From Mobula hypostoma (taxonomy: Eukaryota), in contig NC_086105.1 of assembly GCF_963921235.1 (NCBI RefSeq), positions 39,804,001-39,868,000 of the forward strand: 64,000 nt of DNA, written 5' to 3'. The first letter of the stretch is position 1; each line of letters begins with the position of its first letter. The position numbers and the translations under genes are program-made. This document shows, piece after piece, positions 25,491-38,322 of this stretch. The notes under the pieces are model-generated. The model did not search any database, was not told where the DNA came from, and saw only the letters and a program-made list of their open reading frames with translations.

Positions 25491-27330
25491 GTGAGTGTAA
25501 CGTTATCCAGTCTGCCGATCCTCTTTACCTACCTAAAATCCATCAAAAGACACATTTGCTGTGATAATCGCCACGCATTAGAAATATTCTGCGAATCGTT
25601 TCTGTCTAGGGTTCTGTACTAACAGTTGCCGAAGGCTTACAGAGGAGAGAGCGGCATCCCAGTTGAGGGCAGGTTGTTTATCCAAACCCAGAATTTTTAT
25701 TTGACCATTTTCTGAGTTTGCATGTGGTTGGCCGGTGACAGAGCCTTTGGACTGTGGGGTGCTCGCGGATTTATGTGGACCATGGTGCGGAGTGCAGTAG
25801 TGGGAGAGAGAGAGAGACTGTTAGATACGAGAAAGCTTGGCGTTCTCCCAGCACTTGTTCATCTTCCCTAAAGCTTTAAAGATATTAGGAATAGACCTGC
25901 TGAAAGAAGAGCTTAAGTTATTGGCGTTTTTAAAGAGTTCGGCTGGGTGACTCGATTTGCCCCTACCTTTTATGTAAGCAACAATATTAACCGCCTCTGC
26001 CCCTTAATCGGTATAAACTCTTACTTTTGGCGTTTAGTATGCTGTAGCCAACCTTTAGTTTGAAGTTCGAGGGACTTGCTGTCTCTTTGATATTGCTGAA
26101 ATATAAATTGAGAACATTTTCATTTAACGGTGAGGTGAGTCGCACTTGCACTCCTTATAAAGCCCACGACCAATAAGGTAAATTTTCGGTTTTAGTCGGA
26201 AACAATGCGCTTTGCTGTTCTTTGTGTTTGACTGGTTTTGCTGTCAGCGTCTGTTGACCATTGGCTGTTTACTCTGGGGTGGTTTGTTATACAAGTAGAG
26301 GGAGAGACCGTAAAGATGCTCAAAAGAGATAAAATATTCGATACACGCCGGCTGCTGGGTCACTGTCCACCAGTGCAATCCATCGACTGAAAGCAAGTGG
26401 TCAGCTATGCAATTACTGATCCCAGTGCTAAACCAAGAGTGGATGAAAATGATTGGAGGAGGGGGCGATGGAGGAAGCAGATCTGGCAGGTGGTGAATGA
26501 ACTCTAACAGAGGTTCTTTCACCTCTGCCACTTGGGCTGAAATCTAGCCCAGACGTTGATTAACTTGTCCGATGTACGATTAGATTGGATATTTCCCTAT
26601 GGATTCGAGGCCAGAATGCCTTGGTTATTGGATGTGCTTTTAATTATGGATCAGTCGACCTACCATTGAATTTCTTCTTGTAACCAAGTTAACGTTGCAG
26701 AATTGCTTTAAAGGACAGTTGAATTGCTGTTTAAAAAGTCTCTCAACAACTAAGTGCTGTTTAAACTCATCCATGTCTAGAGGTGTACAATTTGCATGTT
26801 ACGAAAAATAATTGAGCATTTTCTGTGAAAATTCAAGTGTTAAAAATCTCTGGGCAATATAAAATCTATGCCCTTGGACCATACACAATGTTAAAGGTAA
26901 TCACTGGAAATAATTGATGTGCAAGTTACCAGGGGATAGTAATCCTCTCAATATATAATAACAATGTAATTTGTTTACTTGAAATGTCTGAATTTGTACA
27001 TAATTGCTTAGTTTTCATGGTCACTGATTCTTTTGGATTGATTTAGAAATGAAATGGAGGAAAAATAACAGTCTTATCTGACCGCTTTCACTGATCGTAG
27101 TCCTTTCTATACCATTACTAACTGCAATTTTATTCCAGCTTGGGCAATGAAGCTGTTATGAAACATTCTTTTAATTTAAAACAAAATTAAACTAACATTC
27201 ATGCTAATCATTTTAATTGCCACACTGGCTCTCTTACCTTAGTGATCTAGTTTCCTTTTCAAAAGTCCATTGGAATTGCATTTTAGATTACATGTACCAC
27301 AGTTTTATCCAAATGGAATATAGTTCAAAG

Positions 27331-27842
27331 GTTCCTTAAGGTTGTCATAGTAGTGGGGTTGTGCTCCCACCACCTATTAAATGCTCCCAATGACGTGGGT
27401 CTCAAGTAGACTCTGATAACCAGGTCCATCTGCTGGTTTTCATGGGTGGCTTATCTACTAAGCCGAACAGAACCATTTCTACTGACAGGAGAAGGGGCAA
27501 AGGCGGGTTACTGCCACCTTAAAACCAGTCGCTCTAGAAGAAGGAAAACTCTGATTTCAAACCTCCCCTGCCTTGCGGCTATACCCACTCATGGGGGTGG
27601 CTTCGGGAGTAAACACTGAGAAAAGATCCAAAGCTGGTGTCCTTAAGGAATACTATGTCGTGTTCAGTGCTGGCTGGCGGCTCCTGAGATGTTTCTGGTC
27701 TCTGCCCGTTCTTTGGATTCATCAGCTGCGTGGAGAAGGGCAGCCTGCTGCGTGGGTAACAGCTTGTTCTCAATACCACTTACTGGCTTGCGTAGAAAGC
27801 TAGGACGCAACATTAGTGATCAACCCCAATCAATGGAGGGCC
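27331..27842 (+). mobile_element. RTE-derived non-autonomous element with TSD
   Basis: TSD TATAGTTCAAAG (27319-27330) / TATATTTCAAAG (27843-27854); RTE 5'-UTR-like ggaaaactctgatttcaaacct; no ORF. Confidence 0.75.
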
Positions 27843-28033
27843 TATATTTCAAAGAGTAATTAGAAGAAAATGAAGAAAGTACTATGGAAATCTTGTATTT
27901 ACTAATTGTTTACATATTACAATGTGGATTGAAAAACTAGTCATTTTAAAAATAGATTAAACAATAATCCAAAATCAAAACCTTCAGTGCTAAAAATCGG
28001 AAACAGTTGGATAGTATATTATATAAGACTATA

Positions 28034-29366
28034 CACTCAGTACCCACTTTATTAGGTACACCTGTACACCTGCTGTTTAATGCAAATTTATAATATGTGA
28101 AGTTATCCACTTTGGTGGCAAAAATAGGAAAACAGATTATTATCTGAATGGTGGCCGATTAGGAAAAGGGGAGGTGCAACGAGACCTGGGTGTCATTATA
28201 CACCAGTCATTGAAAGTGGGCATGCAGGTACAGCAGGCGGTGAAAAAGGCGAACGGTATGCTGGCATTTATAGCGAGAGGATTCGAGTACAGGAGCAGGG
28301 AGGTACTACTGCAGTTGTACAAGGCCTTGGTGAGACCACACCTGGAGTATTGTGTGCAGTTTTGGTCCCCTAATCTGAGGAAAGACATCTTTGCCATAGA
28401 GGGAGTACAAAGAAGGTTCACCAGATTGATTCCTGGGATGGCAGGTCTTTCATATGAAGAAAGACTGGATGAACTGGGCTTGTACTCGTTGGAATTTAGA
28501 AGATTGAGGGGGGATCTGATTGAAACGTATAAGATCCTAAAGGGATTGGACAGGCTAGATGCAGGAAGATTGTTCCCGATGTTGGGGAGGTCTAGAACGA
28601 GGGGTCACAGTTTGAGGATAGAGGGGAAGCCTTTTAGGACCGAGGTTAGGAAAAACTTCTTCACACAGAGAGTGGTGAATCTGTGGAATTCTCTGCCACA
28701 GCAAACTGTTGAGGCCAGTTCATTAGCTATGTTTAAAAGGAAGTTAGATATGGCCCTTGTGGCTACAGGGGTCAGGGGGTATGAAGGGAAGGCTGGGTTC
28801 TGAGTTGGATGATCAGCCATGATCATAATAAATGGCGGTGCAGGCTCGAAGGGCCGAATGGCCTACTCCTGCACCTATTTTCTATGTTTCTATGTTAATA
28901 TGCCAATCATGTGGCAGCAACTCTTTGCATAAGCATGCAGACATGGTCAAGACATTTAGCTGTTGTTCAGACCAAACATCTAAATGGGGAAGAAATGTGA
29001 CTTTGACTGTGGAATGATTATTCATGCCAGATGGTGTGGTCTGAGTATCCCAGAAACTGCTAAGCTCCTAGGATTTTCACATACAATGTTCTTTAGGGTG
29101 GTGCAAATAAACAATGAGAAAAATCATTGAGCAGCATTCGGTGAAAATGCTTTATTAATAAGGAAGGTCAGAGGAGAATGGCCAGACTGGTTCAAACTAA
29201 CAGTAAGGCGACAGTAACTCAAATAACCATGCTTTGCAATAGTATCTTTGAACACACATGTTGAACCATGAAGCAGATGGACACCAGCAGCAGCAGACCA
29301 CAACAGGTTCCACTCCTGTGGCCACTTTACGTGCACTCCTGTACTTAATAAAGTGTTCACTAAGTG
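28034..29366. mobile_element. Tc1-like non-autonomous DNA transposon
   Basis: TA-flanked TIRs CACTCAGTACCCACTTTATTAGGTAC / GTACTTAATAAAGTGTTCACTAAGTG. Confidence 0.85.
28098..28895 (+). mobile_element. Young 5'-truncated CR1/HER1 LINE inside the Tc1 element
   Basis: Uninterrupted ORF2 C-terminus 28096-28803 (LYKALVRPHLEYCVQFWSP), intact 3' UTR, (TTTCTATG)2 tail, TAATATG at 28091 and 28896. Confidence 0.96.
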
Positions 29367-29569
29367 TACATGTTGTTGTCTTTGTGTCATTTTCTCCCAA
29401 ATAAGCATGCGTATCTTTTCCTTACTCTTCATCTTTCGACAAAATACAATACTGATTTCCATGAGCAAAATCAGAAATGTTTCACTGATGTCAGTCTGGT
29501 TAGATAATTTCTGATCTCTGGTTGGCGTCGTAGAAGCTAATGTGTCTGAGCGCACACCCACTTTACCAG

Positions 29570-30495
29570 AAGTACAGGAAAGTTGTACAGTATCTTTACA
29601 GGAAAGATATTTGCATGAATAGTAGATTGGCTGACTGGCAGGAGGAAAAGAGTGGGAATAAAGGGGGCCTTTTCTGGTTTGCTGCCAGTGACTTCTGGTG
29701 TGTCACAGGGGTCAGTGTTACGAATGCTTCTTTTAATGTTATATGTCAATGATGTAGATGATGGAATTGATGGCTTTGTGGCCAAGTTTGCAGACCATAC
29801 AAAGATAGGTGGAGGGGCAGGTAGTGTTGAGGAAGAAGTGGGTCTGCAGGCTGAGTCAGTGGTAAGGAAGGCAAATGAAACGTTAGCATTCATTTTGAGA
29901 CGACTAGAATATAAAAGCAAGGGTGTACAGTAATGCTGAGGCTTTATAAGGAATTGATCAGAATGCACTTGGAATATTGTGAGCAGTTTTGGGCCCCTTT
30001 TCTGAGAAAAGATGTGCTAGCAATGGGAAGGGTCCAGAGGAGATTCACGAGAATGATTCTGGGAATGAAAGAGTTAGCATAGGAGGAGCATTGATAGCTC
30101 TGGGCCTGTACTCACTAGAGTTTAGAAGAATAAGGGGGGATCTTGAAGGGCTAAGACGGAGTAGATGTGGAGAGGATGTTTCCCATGGTGGGGGACTCTA
30201 GGACCAGGAGGCACTGCCTCAGAACAGAGGTACATCCATTTAGAACAGAGGTGAGGAGGAATTTCTTTAGCTAGATGGTGGTAAATCTGTGAAATAGATT
30301 GCCACAGATGGCTGTGGGAGGCCATGTTATTGGATATATTTAAAGAGGAGATTGATTGCTTCTTGATTAGTCAGGATAGCAAAGGTTACGGGGAGAAGGC
30401 AGGAAAGAGGGATAATAAATCAATCAGCCATAATTGAATGGTAGAGCAGACCTAATGGGCCAAAAGGCCTAATTCTGCTCCTATGTCTTATGGAC
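29570..30495 (+). mobile_element. Decayed CR1 with internal deletion
   Basis: VTSGVSQGSVL, VAKFADHTKIGG, LGLYSLEFRRIRGDL, 3' UTR. Confidence 0.9.
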
Positions 30496-33400
30496 ATATA
30501 ATTATATAATTTTCCCCCTTTGTAAAATTACATTCATTTTTTCTCTATATTTTCTATCTATCCCTGTACATTTCATGTAAAATTTAATTATGCCTTAATG
30601 CTCTTTCTGCTTTATGCTAATTTATAATCCATTTGAGTGCAGAGATATCATAGAAAAGTTCTTGTAGCAGCAGTACAGTAATTGAAATCCATCAGCAATA
30701 GACTTTAAATATGTGCTGATGGGTTTTGAGAATTGCAGTGAAATCCCCTTTCCAGAAATAACTTCAAGCTACAGTTATCTGAAAACTTCCAATGACATCA
30801 TTTAGTGTTTTGGTAGTTTGTGTCAAATATAGTCAGTCACAAAAGGATGTCAGTAATATTTGAGAGTTAATGATCTGGGGTTGTTTGTTTTTAAATTGCA
30901 TTACATGACATTCTTCCATCTTCAAAACTGCTGAAGGTTCAGCTGCCAGGATTGCTGCAAGTGGGAATTGCAGTTCTCTTCCCAGTTCTTCTTTTGTTTC
31001 TGTGGCATCTCTCTGCCACCTCATGGTGATCCAACTCATGGATGAAGGGGGCTTATCCAACATTTTCATTTTGCTTTGATGCTGAAAATGCCGGCTGTTG
31101 AGTATAGAGCCAGGAAACCTATTATTCCCAGGTCCAAGCTGATAGTTGCAGGATAGTTGTTAGCTATACTTTTAGTCAAGTTCAGTGCCACAGAAGCATG
31201 TATCAGCACCTTCTGAGAAAGTCAATATTTCGTCAATCACACATAATAAAAGCTTCTTTCTGAATGTGAATTTACACAGTCAAATATCAAAAATGCTAGT
31301 TTGACAAAGCTGGATGGCTTTCTGTGGGGGTCTTGCATTCTAGAAGAACTGCAGAGGATTTGTTGCTGCAGAAATACAAGGCAAGTGTTATTCTAAAACC
31401 AGAATATCTTTGAATTTGTCCCTTATGTTTGAAAATATACTTAAATTATATATCAATGGGCCACAGATAATCATGCCAATGAAATTAATGTATCATTGAT
31501 GGTACATGATTAAAATTATGTATAATCTCTTCTGTCAACCACAAATTGAGCTAATTTTATATTTGGGAATGAATTATGGAAAGACAAGTTTGAGCAGATT
31601 TTGAGAAGTGTAAGGTCCTTGACATTGGCTCCAAAGGAGCTGTTTTATTTCTCGTGGGGAGAAAGGATTTAGTTGATAAGTAATGCAGTTAAGGAATAAA
31701 ATGAATATGATTAACCTGTACTGAAACTGTAAACACTTTGCAGTCAAGTGATTACAGCGATTAATATTATAAAGTGAAGAGTTGATGGAAATGTAAAGAG
31801 CCCCAGGATGTGATACTTTATAAAACTTTAATGAGACTAGAAGTGGAATGTTGTTTATTTTCTGGTCATTCTAATATTGAAGACATTGAAACATAGAAAA
31901 GATTCCAAATAGAGTTGTCACATTGTTCTCATGTGTTTCCTGTCTGTTTCAAACACAAGCTATGTAGAATAACTAGTTTTTATTAGACGGACATGAACTC
32001 AGTTATTTTTTAAATGAAGGGAGTTGAAACAAGAAAGGTAGATGCTTTTGGCTGGACTAGCAGAATATTATTAGCAACATGACTAAAAGCTGAGAATGCA
32101 GGGTATTTTTTATCTGAAGATCTGTAAATTTTATTCATTTAAATGGATTATGGTGACTAAACAACAAAGGATTTGTCAATGTAGATCCAAAGTGGAAACC
32201 CACAAGGGTTATCAATGTAGTTTTTGTCTTCCTTGCATGTTAATGGTACCAAGAGATGAAGACGTTGTTGCTTGTAAAAATTTCTTCATAGTCAATTAAA
32301 TAATGATTGAAGAAAAATGATTTAAGAACAGCAATTGCCTGAATTTGCACAATAATTGGATTTTCTTTTCAGCCAATAAAGCTTAATTCACAAATGCCTT
32401 GTATGAAATTTCTAGGGGAATAAGAGCAGAATTCAGCCATTCAGCCCATCGAGTCTGCTCCATCATCAGATGGCTAAGTTATTTTGCTTCTCAATCTCAT
32501 TTTCCTGCCTTCTCCCCATAACCTTTGATCAAGAATTAGCCCTTACTAATCAAGAATTTATCACCTTTGCTTTAAATACATCCAATGACTTGGCCTCCAC
32601 AGCCATTTCTGTTGTGGCGATGAATTCCACAAATCCATCACCTCTGGCTAAAGCAATTCCTCCTCATCTCTTCTGAAGGGATATCCTTCTATTCTGAAGT
32701 TGTGCCGTATGGTCCGATACTCGCCTGCTACTGGACACATCCTCTCCATGTACACTCTATCTTGGCATTTCAATATTTAGTAGGTTTCAATGATGTCCTC
32801 CCTTATACACTTAGCTCCAGCAAGTACAGGTCCAATGCTCCTCATACGTTAACCATTTCATTCCTTGGGTAATTCTCGTAAAACTCCTCTGGACCCTCTC
32901 CAATGTGAGCATATCCGGCACTAGGGCTCTTGGGTTCCTTTGCACCTGCACTTTCTGAATTTGCTCCCCATTTAGAGAATAGTCTGCACTTCATTCCTTG
33001 TACTAAAATGCATGACCATACACTTCCCTACACTGTATTTCAGCTGCCATATTTTTGTTCATTCTCCTAATCTGTCCAAGCCCTTCTGCAGATTCCCTGC
33101 TTCCTCAACACTATCTGCCCCTCCACCTATCTTTGTATTGTTCACAAACTTGGCCATAAAAACATCAATTCCATCGTCCAAATCATTAACCTACATCATG
33201 AAAAGAAATGGACCCAACACAGACCCTTGCAGAATAGCACTAGTCACTGGCAGCCAATCATAAAAGGACCCCTTTTTTTCCACTCTTTGTCTCCTGCCAG
33301 TCACACAATATTCTAACCATCTTTCCTATAATACCATGGGACTTCATCTTGTTTAACAGCCTCATGTGCAGCAATTTGTCAAAGTCCTTCTGAAAATCCA

Positions 33401-33599
33401 AATAAACAATTTCCTTTGACTCAGCTTTGTCTATCTTGCCTATTATTTCCTCAAATAATTCAGATTTGTCAGGCAAGATTTCCCCTAAAGGAAACCATGC
33501 TGACTTTGGCTTATTTTATTATGTGCCTCCAAGTATACCGAAACCTCATCCTTAATAATGGACTCTAATATCTTGCCAACCACTGAAGTCAGTCTAACT

Positions 33600-34390
33600 C
33601 AAAGTTAGTAACTTAAAGTACATTATCAAAGTATGTATGCAGTATACAACCCTGAGATTCATCTTCCTACAGACAACCAAGGAACAGAGAAACACCATGA
33701 AACCACTTCAAATAAAACATCGAACACCAAACACGCAGAAAAGAACAGCTTGCACAAACGGCAAAAAAACGAGCAAAAAACACAGAACATAAAACATCAA
33801 ACCACAGAATTATTGAAACAGTCCAGGAATATTCAGTTCAGTTTAACACTGTATCACTCATCGACTGCAGGCCACAGTGCCTGCCTGCCTACCTCGATCA
33901 AAATCACACAAAATAGCAATAAAAAATAGGAGTAACCAGAAACACATCATAACGTAAACTACAGAGTCCAATCCACAAGCTGCGTAGATTAAACTTTGCT
34001 CATGACCTAAGACTCGTCCGGCAGCAGGGAGAGAGTGACTAGTGAAAAGCAGACACCTTCCTCCAGGAGCTGTAAGCAAGAGGGAGAGAGAAACTGGTCA
34101 AACACAGGCAGATGGCACTATATACCTGCTCGCCTTCTGCTCTCGCTCTCATTAATTTCAATCTTGCTTGACACTTTAGCTGGAGAGATTGGCGAGAAGT
34201 GGATAGAGCTAGTGCCCTGTCTCCAGGCTTTTTGGCCCCCAGCCTGCACACTCCACTCAAAATCTCACTGAACTCCCTCGCAGACAGCAAAGCACCAGAT
34301 CACTCAACTGGCCTGAAAATATGCCATCAAAATGTAAACCACAGGTTCCAATAGAAGCAGAATCATATTTGAAAGTAGAGGAAGAAGAAG
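33600..34390 (-). mobile_element. Rex1-type non-autonomous element (non-coding body plus 3' tail)
   Basis: Tail matches Rex1 3' ends (tacaaccctgagattcat); body non-coding. Confidence 0.55.
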
Positions 34391-34407
34391 GAAAAGAAGT
34401 GTTATAT

Positions 34408-35722
34408 CCACAGTGATGAAGTGTTTTGAGACGCTGGTGTGGAAGCATATCAGCTCCTATCTGAATGGTGACTTGGTTCTGCTCCAATTCGCCTACCAAA
34501 GCAACAGATCTACTGCAGATGCTATCTCGTTGGCTCTTCATACAATGCTGGAACATCTGGACAGCAAAGGTGCATACATCAGGATGCTCTTTATCGATTA
34601 CAGCTCAGCATTTAGCACCATCATCCCCTCAAAACTAATTAGTAAAATTTAAGGCCTTGGCCTCAATACCCCTTTTTATGCAAGTGGATCCTGGATTTCC
34701 TCAAGTCAGTTCGGATTAGTAAACACATCTCTTCCACAATCTCTATCAGCACAGAAGCACCACAGAGATGTGTGCTTAGCCCTCTGCTCTACTCACTTTA
34801 CACCTATGACTATGTGGCTAGGTACAACTCCAACACCAAATACTTTTGCTGACAACATCACTGTATCCAAGGGGATGATGAATCAGCATACAGGAGGGAG
34901 ACTAAAAACTTGGCTGTGGTATAATAACAACAACCTCTCATTCAATGTCATTACAACCAAGAAGCAGATTGTACACATCAGAAGTGGGAAACCAGAGGTC
35001 CATGAGCCAGTACTCGTCAGAGGATCAGAGGTGGAGAGGGTCAGTAACATTAAATTCCTGGATGTCACTATGTCAGAAGACCTGTCCTGGACCCACCACG
35101 TAAATATAGCATGATAGTACCTGTTTCCTCAGGAGTCTGTGGAGGTTTGGCATGTCATCGAAAACATTGGCAAACTTCTATCGATGTGTGGAAAGTGTAC
35201 ATACTGGCTGCATTACGGCCTGGTATAGGAACACTAATACCTTTGAGTGAAAAATTCTATAAAAGGTAGTAGATTCAGCCCAGTATATCATGGCTAAAAC
35301 CCTCCCAACCACTGAGCACATCTACATGAAACTTTGCCATAGAAAAGAAGCATCAATTGGCAAAGACCGTCACCATCCAGGCCATGCTCTTTCTCACTGT
35401 CGCCATCAGGTAGAAAGTACAGCTGCCGGACTCACACCACCAGGTTCAAGAACAATTACGACCCCTCAACCATCAGGCTCTTGAACAAAAGGGGATAGCT
35501 ACACTCATTTAAAGGTTCTGTTACATTGTTATTTCATGTTCGTTACTTATTGATATTTATCTATATCTGCATTTGCACGATTTGTTTACAGTTAACAGTT
35601 CCTGATGTTTACAGATAATAGTGACTGTTCTATAGATTTGCTAAATATGCCCGCAGAAAAGAATCTCAGGGTTGTATGTGTGACATATATGTACTCTGAT
35701 AATAAATTTCACTTTGAACTTT
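34408..35722 (+). mobile_element. Rex1/Babar LINE RT and 3' end
   Basis: [46 protein letters not shown]; tail actttgaacttt. Confidence 0.92.
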
Positions 35723-37342
35723 AGTTTTGTGAACTGTCTGAAGGGTGTTGCCTTTGGTTGCCTTGTTCACTAGTGCCATCTTGATCAACCATCTAGCCTA
35801 CAATGTTCTGTCTTTTGCCTTTCTCCTTTCTTAAAGAGTGGAGTGACATTTGCTATTTCCAGTCCTCTGGAACTATTCAGAATCAGTTGATGCTTGAAAG
35901 ATCATTATTAATGCTTTCAGAATCTCTTCAGCTATGCTTTTTAGAACCCTGCTATGTAGTGCACCTGGTCCAGGTGACTTACCTACCTTCAGACATTCTA
36001 GTTTCCCTTAATAACAGTGATTACTCTGATTTCTGGCCCCAGACCCTCTCAAGTTTATGGCATGATGCTGGAGTCTTCCACAGTGAATACATATTCAATT
36101 CATTTGCCATATCTTTGTTCCCTATTGCTACTCTTTCAGTGGCATTTTACAGTAGTCTGCTCTCCACTGATGTCTGCCTTTTACCCTTTATATATCTGAA
36201 AAGCTTTTGGTATCCACTTTTATGTTATTGGCTAGTTTATCTTTATATTTTATCTTTTCTTTTATAGTTTTTTTTAGCTGTCTTCTGTTGGTTTTTAAAA
36301 GCTTCTCAGTTTTCTAGCTTCCTACTAATTTTTGCAATATTTAAAAAAATTTATGCTGTCTCAGCCTTGGTTGCCTTACTCTCCCTTTAGAATGCTTCTT
36401 CTTTGGGATGAACTGATCCTGTGTCTTTCAAATTACTCCCAGGAATTCCAGCCGCTCTACCATCTTTTTCCGCTAATATCCCCTTCCAATCAACTTTGGC
36501 AAGCTTCTCTTTCACCATGTCTCTATAATTACCTTCACTCAACTGTAATACCGATACAACCGATTTTGGCTTCTCCTTTTCAAACTGCAGTTCATGGTGT
36601 GTAGTCCATCCAGTCCAGGTGACTCAACCACAAACATTTGTACCTTCAGACCTTCAGTTTCCCAAGCAGTTCTATTATACTGTGATTACTGCCTTCTTGG
36701 GGTTCGTATACCTTAAGCTTGTTAATCTAATCTGGTTCACATCCTTATTCTACTACTATATTTCATGGTCATATTACACAACATCCTGAATTGATCCCAA
36801 CTCACATCTGTGCTTGAAAACATTCCCCTGTTGTGTTGGGTACAACTCCAAACACGTTATCTTTTACTTTTGAACTTATCTATATAATCACAAAGGTTTC
36901 CAGCAACTTGTGCCATAAAGCCTCACACAATGATTTTCAATAGGGTATTATTTATCCCTTTTATCCTTTTTTTTATAGGAAAGATCTAACAGAACTTTTC
37001 TCGAAATAGTGTTAAGTTGGTGGAGCAAAAGCATTCAATTAATTAGCACTATTTCTAGTTGCATAATGGGTAATTTACTCTCATTAAAGCAGGACTACAC
37101 GTCATCTCTGAAGCTTCTTTCCTGCAGCTATCCAGCTTCTTAACAAAACTCACTCAAGTGCGATAACCAAACTGTCCTTGCAGAACATCCGTTAAATGGT
37201 CTTCCCTGCTTTCCTTGTTCTGTTGATAATTAGTTAGTCTGTTCATATGTTCGCATTTATTTAAGTTTGATTATTGATGTTCTGCAAATTGTTTATTGCT
37301 CATGGCTGTTTGCAGTACTATGTTGTGAATTGTTGGTTGCTA

Positions 37343-38322
37343 TAATTTTCTGAAACACACTGCAGTGGAGTTCAATAGTGGAGAGACTTCAAGATGGAAC
37401 AAGTTCTGCACAACTTTCTTTGTTCACAACAACTACCAATGTCTGTTATGCGGTTGCTCTGTGTTTTATGCCTGACACTGAACCGTAATCAATTCTGGAA
37501 AGTTTCACATACTATCGATAAAGTGATTCTGATTCTGATTGATTGTAGGTTAAGTATTGGCCCAGGCAAAGCAATGTATGGGACTTTAAATCTGCCCTTG
37601 TATTATCTGTTTATTAATTGTAAAGAAGAAGCCAATTTAATGCCTAATAAACTGTGCAAGAAACTGGAAAAAGACTAATTTTGTAGCATAAATTGGATTA
37701 GCATTATGAGCTGGAAGCAAACTAATTCAGCAATTTTGTACCAGGAAAGGGAGATTTGTTAGAAGTATACAAAATTATGCAGGGCATTGATAGGGTAAAT
37801 GCAAGTAGGCTTTTCCCACTGAAGTTGGGTGGGACTACAACTAGAGGTCATGGTTTATGGGTGAAAGGTGAAATATTTAAGGGGAACATAAGGGGAAACT
37901 TCTTCTCTGAGAGGGTGATGAGCGTATGGAACGAGCTGCCAGCGCAAGTGATACATGCGATATTGATTTCAGCATTTAAGAAAAGTTTGGGTAGGTACAT
38001 GGATGGGAGCGGTCTGGGTGCAGGCCGATAGGATGAGTCGGTGTAAATGGTTCGGCATGTGCTTGATAGGCCAAAGGGCCTGTTTCTGTCCTGTGGCTTT
38101 CTATGACTCTTTGCCTCACGTTGGATGAGTTAAACATGCAACCAATACAAAAGTTTTTCTTTGCTCTGTACATGCACAGTCCTGTGACTTGCATGCAAAT
38201 GAGAAAATACAGTAATAATCGTAATTTTCTGAAACACACTGCAGTGGAGTTCAATAGTGGAGAGACTTCAAGATGGAACAAATTCTGTACAACTTTCTTT
38301 GTTCACAACAACTACCAATGTC
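37343..38322 (+). repeat. 101-bp direct duplication (37343-37443 and 38222-38322)
   Basis: Two mismatches over 101 bp. Confidence 0.95.
37745..38110 (+). mobile_element. CR1 3' fragment
   Basis: EVYKIMQGIDRVNASRLFP...VWNELP. Confidence 0.9.

Larger units (their letters stand above)
24100..26400 (+). promoter_or_regulatory. CpG-rich promoter / 5' UTR / intron-1 start
   Basis: Visibly high CpG density against CpG-depleted flanks, free of TE fragments, contains C-rich tracts (24818-24841), GGAAG/CTTCC motifs and the first exon. Confidence 0.75.
32415..36720 (-). mobile_element. Decayed CR1 (32415-33600 and 35795-36720) split by Rex1-type insertions
   Basis: IVYLDFQKDFDKLLHMRLLNK; CR1 3' UTR at 32415; sequence resumes after 35795. 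Confidence 0.8.

Noticed and set aside
25009-25494. 161-aa ORF over the promoter (and overlapping ORFs)
   Set aside because: It runs through the (TC)n repeat (SLSLSL); the plausible coding exon is in another frame.
28174-28803. 209-aa intact ORF as a host gene
   Set aside because: It is the CR1 ORF2 C-terminus, with the CR1 3' UTR and tail.
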